A stretch of DNA of 64,000 nt. It comes from Candidatus Pacearchaeota archaeon. GTDB taxonomy: Archaea; Nanobdellota; Nanobdellia; Pacearchaeales; GW2011-AR1. The position numbers and the translations under genes were made by a program. How positions within the stretch are numbered: position 1 is the stretch's first letter; each line of letters starts with the position of its first letter. Positions 9,415 through 20,023 of this stretch are shown here, in pieces. The stretch lies in contig JBAZWF010000001.1 of assembly GCA_041660485.1 (NCBI GenBank), positions 474,224 through 538,223 on the forward strand. The letters are read 5' to 3'. The notes beneath the pieces were generated by a model. The model had not been told where the DNA came from, searched no databases, and saw nothing but the letters and a program-made list of their open reading frames with translations.

Positions 9415-10332
9415 TTATCCTGTCTTAAACTCAATAATATCTTTATCCTTTATCTCATGATTAATTCCAACTTTTTGATTTGGAAATTTGCTTGATGGCC
9501 CCCAAATATGAATTTCTTTAATTGTATTTATCATCTGCTTAGATATTTTATTTACAACATCTTTAATAGTTGAGTGTGGTTTCATTATCATAGGAATTTT
9601 GCTAGGTTCTCTATATGGTTCTTTAAGATAAATTCTAAGAACATCAAAATTTGAAAATATTTTCTCCTTTAAATTTTCAATATTTTCATTTGTCAAGCTT
9701 GAAACCATAATAAACTGATACTTTTTCGAACGCAAATGAGCTTCTATTTTTCTTCTTTCATTTTCATTTAGCAAATCAATTTTATTAAAAACAATTAATT
9801 TTTTACCTTTTGCTCTTTGTAAATAATTTTCCTGAATATTTTTTATATCTTCAATTGAATCAATTACAATTATAACTAAATCAGTATTATTAACTAAACC
9901 TATATCAAAACTATCGCTCTTCAAACTTGGCTGGTCAAGAATTTGAATTTTAACATTATAATAATCCATTGTTCCAATTTCTGGCTGATATGTATTAAAT
10001 GAATGGTTTGTAACCAATGGTTGAGCATTTGTTAATGCTGCTAAAAGAGAAGACTTTCCAGAACCTGTAAAACCAGTAAGAACTGCCTGCATATCTGCCT
10101 TTTTAATTCCTTCTCTTGAACCTCCTTTCTTTGATTTTTTAATTCTCTCAATTTTTTCCTGCAATTTTATTCTTCTTGTCTTTAAATTTGCAAGCATTGC
10201 TTCTGAAGATTTATGTTTAGGGCATTCACGAATCATTTCATCTAAGTAGTATAAACGCTCTTCATCTGTCTGTGCATTTAAGAAATGTTCTTCTGCTTTT
10301 TTATAAAAAGGAGATTGATTTGTTGAGGCCAT
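9415..10332 (-). CDS. DRG/Obg-class GTPase with C-terminal TGS domain
   Basis: N-terminal helical region ending in a 'KKSKKGG' linker, P-loop 'GFTGSGKSS', 'NKIDL' (G4), and a C-terminal TGS-like 'VGINHEIKDKDIIEF'. Confidence 0.7.
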   Translation of the reverse strand: MASTNQSPFYKKAEEHFLNAQTDEERLYYLDEMIRECPKHKSSEAMLANLKTRRIKLQEKIERIKKSKKGGSREGIKKADMQAVLTGFTGSGKSSLLAALTNAQPLVTNHSFNTYQPEIGTMDYYNVKIQILDQPSLKSDSFDIGLVNNTDLVIIVIDSIEDIKNIQENYLQRAKGKKLIVFNKIDLLNENERRKIEAHLRSKKYQFIMVSSLTNENIENLKEKIFSNFDVLRIYLKEPYREPSKIPMIMKPHSTIKDVVNKISKQMINTIKEIHIWGPSSKFPNQKVGINHEIKDKDIIEFKTG

Positions 10333-10424
10333 AACAATAAATGATTATTCAAGTTAAAAAGAGTTTTGGTTATAAAGAAATTTATTCGCTTAAGTATTTT
10401 AAAACCAAAATCTAAAAATTTTCC

Positions 10425-13400
10425 CTATTCAATATAAATCTCTTTGCTATACTTATTATCAAATACTCCATTTTTAACAACTCTTATTTGAATATCATTA
10501 ACCCCAGAATTAAAGTCAATATAACTAAATGTTGCACTAAATTTTCCTTGAGAATCAGTTAAACTTGAAACACTTTTTCCCACGAATGTTAATTCAACAC
10601 TACAGCTTTCACATAATAAATCTCCTGAATTTTTAGAAACAACTCCATTTACAGTTAAATTTTTTCCAGACAATATTATAACTGGATTTGGAGATTCACT
10701 TGGTCCTCCAGAACTTCCTCCCCCGCCACCGCTACTTCCTGGCCCACTAGGAGGATTTATAGGAGGCGCAGAATATCCTTCTCTAACTTCATAAGTGCTG
10801 AAATTATTTACTTCAAAAGAATAATTTCCTCCAATATAAGAAACACCATAACAATATGCTCCGCATTCAACTCCATTTCTAAATAATTTAGGCTCTCTAA
10901 ATGCAACATTAAAGAAAGTAATATTTGCTCTTTTAATAAATTCAAAATAAATATTTGTATCAATACTCAAGATATAACTGCTAAAATTAACAATGTTTCC
11001 AAGATTCATTGAACGATTAATTGTTATATTTTCCAAGAAACTAATTTTTCCAAAATCATTTTCTAAACTTAAATTAGTTATATTTGAATTACACATTACT
11101 GGATTTGACGAACCTAAAGTTGGTATTGTAAAATTAAATCCGCTTGTTATTAACCAAACCCTGTCAGTAAATCCATCACAATTACTATCAATCCCATTAC
11201 AAAATTCAGGAGCTCCTAAATAAAAATTAGCATTAGTATCATTGCAATCTACTCCAATTGAAGCATAAGGTTGTATAGAACATTGTGCAGTTTTATTATC
11301 TGGTACATAACCTGATTTACAATATCCATCACTATCAACATCTGCTAAATCCCAGCCATCACAATTTTCATCAATATGATTATAAGGAATTTCAGTTGCA
11401 TTTGGATAAATATTTGGATTTGCATCATTACAATCAATCACTCCACATTCAGTAGTTATATTAAATCCATCACCATCTGCATCAATACAACTACTATAAA
11501 CACTAACCTGATAAATTGTAGAATTAATATTTCCAGAACTATCATTAATTGAAACATTAATATTATAAGTTCCAACAGCAAGCGAAGTTATATTTTTCAA
11601 CCAACCACTTGAATTAATATTAAAGTTAGTTGTATCATTTACTTTATATGTTCCAAATTCAGTTTCATCAGCGCCAGTAAACTTAACTCCAACTTCTTGC
11701 ATATAAACAATTGAAGTAGGCGCAGGAATTAAAGTAAAATATGGAGGAGTTGTATCTGAAAATATAGGAAGATTATTAACTGTATAATATCTTATTCCAG
11801 AAAAATTATAATTTCTATTTGTCCCATTTCCATAAGCATTCCAGTAATAAGTATATGTTTTATTATATATTAAGTTTATAGAAACATTATAGTTATTTGT
11901 AGTTAAATTTCTAGCCGGATAATTTGTATTATTTATTATCAGCCATACAGTTCCATTTGTATTAGATACATTAACACTAAATAATGCAACTCCGCTTCCA
12001 ATAAGGGTAGCATTATTATCTAAGTAATTTGAAAATACTGGATAAGTTGTATCCCCACTATTTGATATAGTTATTGTTCTCTGCTCGCTTTGATTATTTC
12101 CAATATTATCAGAAGCAAATACTTGATAGGTATATGTTGCATCATCTAATCCAGTAGTTGTATTTTTACTTTGATTTACATATAATCTCCATTGAGTTTT
12201 ATTAACTTTCTGTAAATTACTAAAATATAATTCCTGAACTTCATTAGCACTAAGACTTCTATTCCAAACCATTAATTCATCAATTGTTCCATTATAATAT
12301 ATTGCAGAATTCCATCTATCTCTTCCATAACCCACATGTAAAACTGCTGATGAATATTTTGATAAATTTCCTGTTATTGTTTGATTAGCTCTCAAAATAC
12401 CATTGACATAAAGCTTTGCAGAAGTTCCATCATAAACTCCAACTCTATGTTCCCAAACATCTTTAGTTGATGCAAATGAAGGAGCAACTAAAGTTCCGCT
12501 TTCATTTACAACAGTAAATCTAAATGAATCTAAAGCTGCAGGCCTACCATTTGAATTATCAAAATTTGAAAATATAACTCCAGAATCAGTCGGATGTTTT
12601 CTATAAACCCATGCAGAAATAGTTATTTCTGTAAAATCAGATTGAAATGAATTCCATAAATTTGCTCCTAAATTAATTCTATCATTTACTCCATCATACT
12701 CATAAGCTCCTCCGTATTTTCCAGTTGCATTCCATATAGCACCAACAACTGTAAAATTATTTTCATTCTTACTTAAATCTGCAATCCTACTATCATTTTC
12801 ACCAAGGAGACTATTATTCTCAAAGTTCATCATTAAAACAAGCGAGCTATCATAAATTGGAAAATCAATACTATTCCATTTATAATTAATTTTATTTAAT
12901 GCTTTTTCAGAAATTGAAACATTAATATTAAATGATTTATCTGAAATTACAGCCATATTAGCAGGAGTTGGATAAACAAAATCAATAACTGGAGCCAAAG
13001 TATCAGTTATTTGTAGATTATTCGAATTTCCCCATCCACTATAACCTTCACCATCAAACAATTGAAGTCCGCATTTCCAAGAATCACCAACAGATAAATT
13101 ACCTTTATCAAGCACAGCTTTAAATTCAGTTCCACTAGCATAACTATTATTATAATCAACACTTAAATTTAAAACATTATTTCTATACCATGCAACACTA
13201 ACATTAAGATAATTTGAATCAACATCACTAATCACAGCAGAACAATTTAATCCAGCATTCACACTATTACTTCCATCTTCAGAAACAAGTGAAACAATCG
13301 GACTATTAGGGATACTATGTGTTTCCCCACTTTCAACTCGCAATGAAGGATCTCCATAAATATTAAATCCAATCATATTTTGCCACGATTCAAAACCCCA

Positions 13401-15470
13401 ACCTAAACCAAAATTTTCTCTGCACCAACTCAAAGATTCACCAGAAGTTTTATTTAAACTTGTATTAACCATTCTATTAAACATAAAATAAGAATAACCT
13501 GCATCATCTCCTACAGTAAAAGGCCAACTATTTTCATAATAAATTTCTCCTGCTTCTCCTTGATAATAAGAATTTCTTGAAGAAGAAATAGTTGAAATAG
13601 CTCCATTTTTTAATAATGAGTAACCTAAATTATTAGAATCTTCTGGATGTCCATTATCACAAGAAACCTGAATAACAAATGTTGGATAATTATCATCAAG
13701 AACATTTGCATCTTCATTATTAAAAAATTGAGTGGTGCTTGTCTCAGAATGCTGGCACTTTCCATCTGCATTACTATCCACTAACCATTGATGCCGATAA
13801 ACTCCTTGAAAATTCCCATGCCCTTGCCAAAGAACAAAACCATAATGATTCTGCCATTCAGAAATAACATTTGTTTTTGTTAAAGATGCATTAGATTCAA
13901 TTAAAGAATAGGCATTACCTGTACTATAAACTCCTTGTTTTTCATATAAAGTAAAAGGAATATAATTATAATTAATTGATAAATTCTTAATTTTTTCACC
14001 CCATCCAGTACCATAAGACTTTGGCATATTAGGGAAATCAGCACCAACATTAAATTCAGCAAAATTAGCAATCCCTACCGGAATCATAACTTTATTTCTC
14101 CAAGATAAATCTCCTCCTGCATCTTCATAACTAATTGTTTTATTCAAAATTTTATCTAAATCATTTATACTATTATAAAACGGAATTCTACCAACCAAAA
14201 CTTCCTGAATTTTATCAATACCCCCAACTGCAAAATCCTCAAGATAAAGCGGAGGCATTTCTTGATACTTATATTCGCAAGGATATCCATCTCCATCAAT
14301 ATCCCAATTGCCGGAAAGTTCACCATAAGCCATATCTGTTGGAACAGTAATTCCATGATTTGCAAAATCCGGATAACACATATACATTGGAACACTATTA
14401 GAAACACTAAATATTAAAGGATTAGGATCACCAATCAATAAAACATAAGAAACATTCAAAGAAATATAATAAGTTTTCAACCAGTCACGAATATTTTTTA
14501 CTCTTGTTTGCGCACGAGTTCCACTAACATAATGATAATCATCTCTATCACTTCCATTTGTAATTACACGAACACTAAATCCTTTAGCTTCTTTATGTGC
14601 AACAAATTCAGCAAGTTTTGTACTTGTGCTATTAATATAATCTGTTGTAACAATTACATAATCAATTCCTCCACCAATTCCTCCTCTTTCTCCTGGATAA
14701 AATAATTCATTGCTTTCAGGATTTATAACACTACTAGATATTTGATTATAAAATTCATCTCCACCAACACTTCGAGTTAAAGGATAATCATTTCCATCTC
14801 TTGAATAAGTTATATTAATTGTTCCTGATTTTAATTTTTTAATTGTTTTATCTTTAGCGTTATATTTTACCGGATAAAAATCAAAAGACATAATTCTCCA
14901 CTCACGATATTTAGAACTCATTAAATTTTTAAAAGGTGTTAGTGGCAAATATTCATCTTGATTATAAACTAAAGTATCTTTTCCATCAACAATATTACCA
15001 TTGTCTCCCCAAGAAACAACAATTTGCCCATCATCAGTAACAGTTGTTGCAGGTTGTCCCGGAGCAATATCAAAATTTCCAGAAACATCTTCCCAAACAC
15101 CATTATCAACAGATAATTTAATACTTGTCCAATTAATATCATCAGGAACTAAAAATTCCATTTTATATGAAGGCAACATTGGTTCTCCTGGAAAACCACT
15201 CAGAACAAATCCTGGAATTGAAACAACTTCACCTTTACTAATATTTATAGTATCAACAGGAGATGTTTGAACATCTTTAACAACTGTAACTGGCATCACA
15301 ATACTTTTATTTTCAACAATTAAATTATTCTGTTTTAATCCCTCATTAATCATTTTAACAGGAGCTTTTTCACCAAATAAAATTCCTCCAAAGAAATAAA
15401 TAGCAACTGCCAAAAATATCACAGCTACAGCAATCACGGCAAATAAAGTTATTTTAACTCCCTTTTCCAT
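10425..15470 (-). CDS. giant (1681 aa) membrane-anchored surface protein: C25 (gingipain)-like peptidase region + LamG lectin-like domain + Cys-rich metal-binding repeats + C-terminal beta domains
   Basis: N-terminal TM anchor. '[29 protein letters not shown]', 'WQGHGN' and 'QVSCDNG' resemble the C25 core. '[31 protein letters not shown]' reads as Laminin_G_3. Two 'DCND[AT]N...[ES]NCDG' repeats. Gly/Ser linker '[17 protein letters not shown]'. Dense N-x-S/T sequons. Confidence 0.85.
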   Translation of the reverse strand: MEKGVKITLFAVIAVAVIFLAVAIYFFGGILFGEKAPVKMINEGLKQNNLIVENKSIVMPVTVVKDVQTSPVDTINISKGEVVSIPGFVLSGFPGEPMLPSYKMEFLVPDDINWTSIKLSVDNGVWEDVSGNFDIAPGQPATTVTDDGQIVVSWGDNGNIVDGKDTLVYNQDEYLPLTPFKNLMSSKYREWRIMSFDFYPVKYNAKDKTIKKLKSGTINITYSRDGNDYPLTRSVGGDEFYNQISSSVINPESNELFYPGERGGIGGGIDYVIVTTDYINSTSTKLAEFVAHKEAKGFSVRVITNGSDRDDYHYVSGTRAQTRVKNIRDWLKTYYISLNVSYVLLIGDPNPLIFSVSNSVPMYMCYPDFANHGITVPTDMAYGELSGNWDIDGDGYPCEYKYQEMPPLYLEDFAVGGIDKIQEVLVGRIPFYNSINDLDKILNKTISYEDAGGDLSWRNKVMIPVGIANFAEFNVGADFPNMPKSYGTGWGEKIKNLSINYNYIPFTLYEKQGVYSTGNAYSLIESNASLTKTNVISEWQNHYGFVLWQGHGNFQGVYRHQWLVDSNADGKCQHSETSTTQFFNNEDANVLDDNYPTFVIQVSCDNGHPEDSNNLGYSLLKNGAISTISSSRNSYYQGEAGEIYYENSWPFTVGDDAGYSYFMFNRMVNTSLNKTSGESLSWCRENFGLGWGFESWQNMIGFNIYGDPSLRVESGETHSIPNSPIVSLVSEDGSNSVNAGLNCSAVISDVDSNYLNVSVAWYRNNVLNLSVDYNNSYASGTEFKAVLDKGNLSVGDSWKCGLQLFDGEGYSGWGNSNNLQITDTLAPVIDFVYPTPANMAVISDKSFNINVSISEKALNKINYKWNSIDFPIYDSSLVLMMNFENNSLLGENDSRIADLSKNENNFTVVGAIWNATGKYGGAYEYDGVNDRINLGANLWNSFQSDFTEITISAWVYRKHPTDSGVIFSNFDNSNGRPAALDSFRFTVVNESGTLVAPSFASTKDVWEHRVGVYDGTSAKLYVNGILRANQTITGNLSKYSSAVLHVGYGRDRWNSAIYYNGTIDELMVWNRSLSANEVQELYFSNLQKVNKTQWRLYVNQSKNTTTGLDDATYTYQVFASDNIGNNQSEQRTITISNSGDTTYPVFSNYLDNNATLIGSGVALFSVNVSNTNGTVWLIINNTNYPARNLTTNNYNVSINLIYNKTYTYYWNAYGNGTNRNYNFSGIRYYTVNNLPIFSDTTPPYFTLIPAPTSIVYMQEVGVKFTGADETEFGTYKVNDTTNFNINSSGWLKNITSLAVGTYNINVSINDSSGNINSTIYQVSVYSSCIDADGDGFNITTECGVIDCNDANPNIYPNATEIPYNHIDENCDGWDLADVDSDGYCKSGYVPDNKTAQCSIQPYASIGVDCNDTNANFYLGAPEFCNGIDSNCDGFTDRVWLITSGFNFTIPTLGSSNPVMCNSNITNLSLENDFGKISFLENITINRSMNLGNIVNFSSYILSIDTNIYFEFIKRANITFFNVAFREPKLFRNGVECGAYCYGVSYIGGNYSFEVNNFSTYEVREGYSAPPINPPSGPGSSGGGGGSSGGPSESPNPVIILSGKNLTVNGVVSKNSGDLLCESCSVELTFVGKSVSSLTDSQGKFSATFSYIDFNSGVNDIQIRVVKNGVFDNKYSKEIYIE

Positions 15471-15557
15471 CTTAATTAATAAGATTTTTACATTTATAAG
15501 ATATTCTATATTCTCCAGAACAGTTAAGTTTAAATCCTTTATATTAACAATAAAAAC

Positions 15558-16148
15558 ATGAATAGTATAAGAAAATCTCTATCAACAGCAGTACTTTGTT
15601 TAGGAGTTATGTGTTCTACCCCAGTTTATACTCAAGAACAAGATATTCACGAAAAAAACATTCAATTAACAAATAAAGTTGCAGAACTTGCAGAAAAAAC
15701 AGATAATAAAGAGTTCAAATTCAGCAGAGGAGAAGAAATAGAAGGTTTTAGTTATAAAAAAGCACTTAATGTTAGTCTAGATTATAAATTAGGAAAAGAA
15801 ATATTTGTAAAAATTGAAAATAAAGAGTCAAGAAACTTATTAAGAAAAAAAACTTATGCTTTAATTATAACCGATGCACCAGATAAAGAGGGCAAATATG
15901 GGACAATAGATTATGCTAAATTTAGTTATAAAGACACTTTTACTCCCGGCAAAGGCGAAGGCGGCTGGTTTGATATAAGCAAACCTGAAATAAAGGAAAT
16001 TGATGAACAATATAACAAACTTCTTGAATGGGCAGCAAATAACAATAATCCAAAAGCAGAAGAATTTTTTAATATAAGGCAATTATATAAAAAAATTTAT
16101 TCAGAAATAGAAAATAAACTTATAGAAAAAGAAAAGTTAGAAAAATAA
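15558..16148 (+). CDS. secreted hypothetical protein
   Basis: Signal-peptide-like N-terminus '[18 protein letters not shown]'; Lys/Glu-rich body. Confidence 0.5.
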   Translation: MNSIRKSLSTAVLCLGVMCSTPVYTQEQDIHEKNIQLTNKVAELAEKTDNKEFKFSRGEEIEGFSYKKALNVSLDYKLGKEIFVKIENKESRNLLRKKTYALIITDAPDKEGKYGTIDYAKFSYKDTFTPGKGEGGWFDISKPEIKEIDEQYNKLLEWAANNNNPKAEEFFNIRQLYKKIYSEIENKLIEKEKLEK

Positions 16149-16279
16149 TAAATTCTAAATCTAAAGTTATTACTTATTTTATATTAGTTTAATTATTAAT
16201 GTACACCTTGATTAAAACTAGCAATAATTAATCTATTAAGCATCAAATAAGGAGAAGATATATTATACCAAATTAATAT

Positions 16280-16726
16280 TTAACAAAACCCAATAGTTTT
16301 TGTTTCAAGTAAACACCCAGAAATCTTAGTAGTAATTGTTAAAGGTTGTTTGTCTTGATAAAAGTAATATTTTTTTGTTTCTCCAGAATTTAAAATAATA
16401 CAATTCTTACAAGATTGAGAACAACTAAATGTTTCACTTGAATCTCCAGTATCAATTATAAAGTCCATTGAAAATACAGGTATTTTTTCATCAATTGAAC
16501 GTTCTAAATTAATTTCAATATCTTTTGTCTGATTATTATAACAAACTAATTGTATTTTAATTGGAGGATTTATTTGAGCTTCAATACATGAAAACTCTGG
16601 AGATAAAGCAGGTTTAATAAATTTATTAATTGAATAAAACAAAATTCCAATAGAAGCTAATACTATTAAAATTATAAAAACAGAAGTTATAACCTGAGAC
16701 AATCCTTTTTTATTTATTTTTTGCAA
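16280..16726 (-). CDS. archaeal type IV pilin-like protein (class III signal peptide)
   Basis: 'KKGLSQVITSVFIILIVLASIGILF' reads as a basic-Gly cleavage site followed by a hydrophobic helix. 13-nt overlap with the upstream peptidase gene. Confidence 0.6.
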   Translation of the reverse strand: MQKINKKGLSQVITSVFIILIVLASIGILFYSINKFIKPALSPEFSCIEAQINPPIKIQLVCYNNQTKDIEINLERSIDEKIPVFSMDFIIDTGDSSETFSCSQSCKNCIILNSGETKKYYFYQDKQPLTITTKISGCLLETKTIGFC

Positions 16727-17826
16727 GGTCTCGCCCCCATATCTTGAAGATTTATTTCACTTAGTTTTTGAGAATCTTTTAATATTTCTAAAGTTTTTGA
16801 ATTTGAAACAATTGGTATTTTTAAGAAAAACTCTTTATCAGATTGGTAAATTTCTCCATTAATTTGAGTTTCATTTGCAGATTGTGCATCTGTAAATATT
16901 AATTCTGGATTAAATTCTCCATTAAAACTATTATTATTATCCAAAATCACATTATAATTAAATCCTCCTGAACCAGATGAACCAATGCAACCTGTTTCAA
17001 GAGTTTTATCCAGTATAGTAATTTGATTTAACTGATATTTCCCTTCAATTAGATAATAATTTTTCAAACTACAATCAACTGTTTCACTTATTGCCCTTCC
17101 AACCATTGAAGGAAATTTAGAAGAAATTTTTTCCATAATTAATCCTTCATCAAATTTACCATATTCAGTTGAACTTAATGTCCTCATAATCCCACTTTCA
17201 ATAGACCGATAATAATCTGATTTTGAACATCCTATAAAACACGAGTTATTTTCAAATTTATCACAATTTAACTGACAATTTTTTGAGCCAGCAGTAATTT
17301 CTGCAGGCACATATTCTTCTGCAAGATTTGCAAATACATGTCCAAATTCATGAGGCAAAACAGTTGGAAGATGATTCATATTAATGCTCATTACATTCAT
17401 ATAAGCAGAACTCCTAATTGTTGAATCTTTAGAATCTAAAACAATAATATAATCATTTGGACAAGAACCTGCTTTTTTTACAAGTTCTTTTGAATAACAT
17501 AATAAAGCAATCCCTTGATACAATTCGCATTTAGGTGTATAATTTTCAATAGAATATACATTAAATTCATCTTTAATATTATCAAAGGGCGCAATAGTTT
17601 CTAAAAAATCAGAATATAGCTTAGCATTTTCTCGACTTGAAAAAAATACAAGATTAATCTTTCCCTCACCACTCTCTTTTATAACATTACAATCAGTTAA
17701 TGAAGGAGACGAAGAAGGATTTAAATCTTGGTTAAGTAGAATAACTAATGCAGAAGTTAAAGCAACTAAAATAATGACTAAACAAGATATAATAAAAATT
17801 GACTTCTTTTCCATAAAACTATACAT
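16714..17826 (-). CDS. secreted zinc metallopeptidase, M64-like
   Basis: N-terminal TM/signal. 'LPHEFGHVFANLAEEY' gives HExxH followed by an acidic-aromatic, as in 'HEFGHSFGGLADEY'-type M64 enzymes. Confidence 0.55.
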   Translation of the reverse strand: MYSFMEKKSIFIISCLVIILVALTSALVILLNQDLNPSSSPSLTDCNVIKESGEGKINLVFFSSRENAKLYSDFLETIAPFDNIKDEFNVYSIENYTPKCELYQGIALLCYSKELVKKAGSCPNDYIIVLDSKDSTIRSSAYMNVMSINMNHLPTVLPHEFGHVFANLAEEYVPAEITAGSKNCQLNCDKFENNSCFIGCSKSDYYRSIESGIMRTLSSTEYGKFDEGLIMEKISSKFPSMVGRAISETVDCSLKNYYLIEGKYQLNQITILDKTLETGCIGSSGSGGFNYNVILDNNNSFNGEFNPELIFTDAQSANETQINGEIYQSDKEFFLKIPIVSNSKTLEILKDSQKLSEINLQDMGARPCKK

Positions 17827-17830
17827 AAAT

Positions 17831-18181
17831 TCAATTTAAATAGATTATCTTATCTGCCTGCAATTGAATTTTTCCATTATATTCACTTACTTTTCCATTA
17901 ATTTTCAAGGTTTTATTAATATAATTAATTAATTTTGGGCAATTACATACTATATCTATTTTAGTTGAATTGTCTAGGATTTTAGCAACTGTAAAATTAT
18001 TTTCATAAACATTAACATTAATTAATCTGCCAACAATTTGAAAATTATGATTTATTAACGTTTTATCTAAATTTTTAATATCTTTTAAGGGAGGTTCAGT
18101 TAAATTTAAAATAAGTAATATTAAAATCCCTCCAAGAGAAATTGCTAAAAAAAGTCTATTCATAAATAAACAAATATACAA
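17831..18181 (-). CDS. membrane-anchored OB-fold protein
   Basis: N-terminal helix, then 'FQIVGRLINVNV..TVAKILD..IDIV...LKINGKVSEYNGKIQLQADKI', which resembles the OB-fold (tRNA_anti-like) pattern. Confidence 0.45.
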   Translation of the reverse strand: MYICLFMNRLFLAISLGGILILLILNLTEPPLKDIKNLDKTLINHNFQIVGRLINVNVYENNFTVAKILDNSTKIDIVCNCPKLINYINKTLKINGKVSEYNGKIQLQADKIIYLN

Positions 18182-18299
18182 AAGTTTATATATTCTTTAC
18201 TTATTAATTTATAATGGCTTTAGATACCAAAAATTTCAACTGGTATTTTTATTATTTTAGCTAAAGCCCTCTAAATCTTTTAAATTTTGAGGAAAATCA

Positions 18300-18527
18300 A
18301 TGAGTTCTAATATACCTATACACAATATTGAAGATGTTTTGAATAAATCGGTTTGTGAATGTCGTTTATTAACTAAAGAAAAAATATGTATTTATGGAAA
18401 TGCATGCCCTGCAATAAAAAATCCCAATTATTCAACAGCTAATTGTGGATATTATAAAGGATATTTAGTAACAATCGATGTTTTTCAGCATTATGCAGAG
18501 AACTTATCTGCTAATCGCAATATTTAA
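18300..18527 (+). CDS. small Cys-rich hypothetical protein
   Basis: 75-aa ORF with 5 Cys, immediately upstream of tyrS. Confidence 0.3.
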   Translation: MSSNIPIHNIEDVLNKSVCECRLLTKEKICIYGNACPAIKNPNYSTANCGYYKGYLVTIDVFQHYAENLSANRNI

Positions 18528-18551
18528 GAATAAAGGATTTGTTTTTATAAC

Positions 18552-19571
18552 ATGGATATAGAAGAAAAATTTCAGCTAATAAAAAGAAACACTCAAGAAA
18601 TTGTTTCAGAAGAAGAATTAAAGAAATTATTGAAAGAAAAAAAACAGCCCGTGGTTTATTTAGGAACTGCTATAACTGGAAAACCTCATATTGGTTATTT
18701 TGTTTGGGCTTTAAAACTTGGAGATTTTTTAAAAGCAGGATTTAAAGTAAAAATTCTTCTTGCAGATTTACATGGAGCATTAGATAATACTCCTTGGGAA
18801 GTTCTTGAAAAAAGATATGATTATTACAAAGCAGTTATCCCATTAATGTTTGAATCAATTAGTGTTAGCACAAAAAACCTAGAATTTGTTAAAGGAAGTG
18901 AATTTCAATTAAAACCAGAATATATGTATGATGTTCTTCAAATGGCTACAAAAAACAACATTAATGACTGCCAGAGAGCAGCTTCAGAAGTTGTTAAATT
19001 TGGCGATAATCCTAAACTTGCAGGTTTAATTTACCCCATTATGCAGGCACTTGACGAAGAATATCTTAAAGTAGATATTCAATACGGAGGAGTTGATCAA
19101 AGAAAAATTTTAATGTTTGCTCGTGAAAACCTTCCAAAAATAGGTTATGACAGAAGAATTGAAGTTATGACTCCAATTATTCCAGGACTTATAGGAAAAA
19201 AAATGTCTGCTTCAGACCCTAAGTCAAAGATAGATTTAAGGGATGATGAGAAAATAGTTATTGAAAAAGTAAAAGCTGCAGAATGTGCAGAAGGAGATAT
19301 TGAAAATGGGATTATGGCTTTTTTAAAAAATGTAATAATGGTTATAAAACAAGATAAAAAGGAAAAGTTTATTGTAAAACGAGATAAAAAATATGGTGGA
19401 GATTTAATATTTAAAACCTATGAAGAAATTGAAGAAGCATTTAAAGATAAAAAACTTCACCCACTAGACTTAAAAAATGCATTTGCAGAAGAAATCAATA
19501 ATCTTTTATTAACATTTAGAAAAAACAAAGTAAAACTAGACAAACTAGCTAAAGAAGCTTATAATCTTTAA
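18552..19571 (+). CDS. tyrS: tyrosyl-tRNA synthetase, archaeal type
   Basis: Collinear by eye with the M. jannaschii TyrRS pattern: 'IKRNTQEIVSEEEL', 'GKPHIGY' (HIGH), 'ILLADLH', 'YPIMQ', 'GGVDQRKI', 'KMSAS' (KMSKS), 'HPLDLKNA'. Confidence 0.95.
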   Translation: MDIEEKFQLIKRNTQEIVSEEELKKLLKEKKQPVVYLGTAITGKPHIGYFVWALKLGDFLKAGFKVKILLADLHGALDNTPWEVLEKRYDYYKAVIPLMFESISVSTKNLEFVKGSEFQLKPEYMYDVLQMATKNNINDCQRAASEVVKFGDNPKLAGLIYPIMQALDEEYLKVDIQYGGVDQRKILMFARENLPKIGYDRRIEVMTPIIPGLIGKKMSASDPKSKIDLRDDEKIVIEKVKAAECAEGDIENGIMAFLKNVIMVIKQDKKEKFIVKRDKKYGGDLIFKTYEEIEEAFKDKKLHPLDLKNAFAEEINNLLLTFRKNKVKLDKLAKEAYNL

Positions 19572-19689
19572 GAAGACAATTATATCTTATCAAAAATTTC
19601 AGCAAGAAATAATTTATTTATATAAACTAATATCAATCTTAATCTTGTAAAATATTTATATATGTATATTACCAAATATTATAAAACCC

Positions 19690-19706
19690 GTTTTGCTCTG
19701 CAAAAC
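19690..19706. repeat. perfect hairpin gttttgc-tct-gcaaaac
   Basis: Read directly; lies in the convergent intergenic region after tyrS. Confidence 0.6.
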
Positions 19707-19718
19707 TGTACAGATAAA

Positions 19719-19815
19719 TGCCCTATATAGATTTGTGCTTCGCAAAACCTCCCTGATTTTTATAAGTTATATTCTAAATTAATTAGTTTATACAAATCTC
19801 AATCATCCTATAACT
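19719..19815. repeat. about 100-nt dispersed intergenic repeat, copy B
   Basis: See copy A at 6530..6630. Confidence 0.6.
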
Positions 19816-19846
19816 TTACATTCAACATTTTCTAAAGATATATAAT

Positions 19847-19869
19847 CAATTTTCGCTTTGCGAAAATTG
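19847..19869. repeat. perfect 10-bp stem hairpin caattttcgc-ttt-gcgaaaattg
   Basis: Read directly; related to the hairpin at 4697..4715. Confidence 0.6.
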
Positions 19870-20023
19870 CATAATTTAGTAAAACATCCTATGTCTGCTT
19901 AATTTTTAGTAGGTTATTGTAAAGATTAGTAAGTTGATTATTAATTCTCAATTTTTAGTATTATTAATAGTTAATAATTGCAGTTTAATTAATATAGATT
20001 TCCCGCCCACCCCAAACTAATTT

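Noticed and set aside
10993-15270. Five antisense or alternative-frame ORFs (10993..11223, 14135..14350, 14165..14407, 14508..14705, 15001..15270) inside the 1681-aa gene
   Set aside because: They are fully embedded in a long, motif-supported ORF. Their low-complexity, Ile/Phe/Lys/Ser-rich translations are typical of shadow ORFs in AT-rich DNA.
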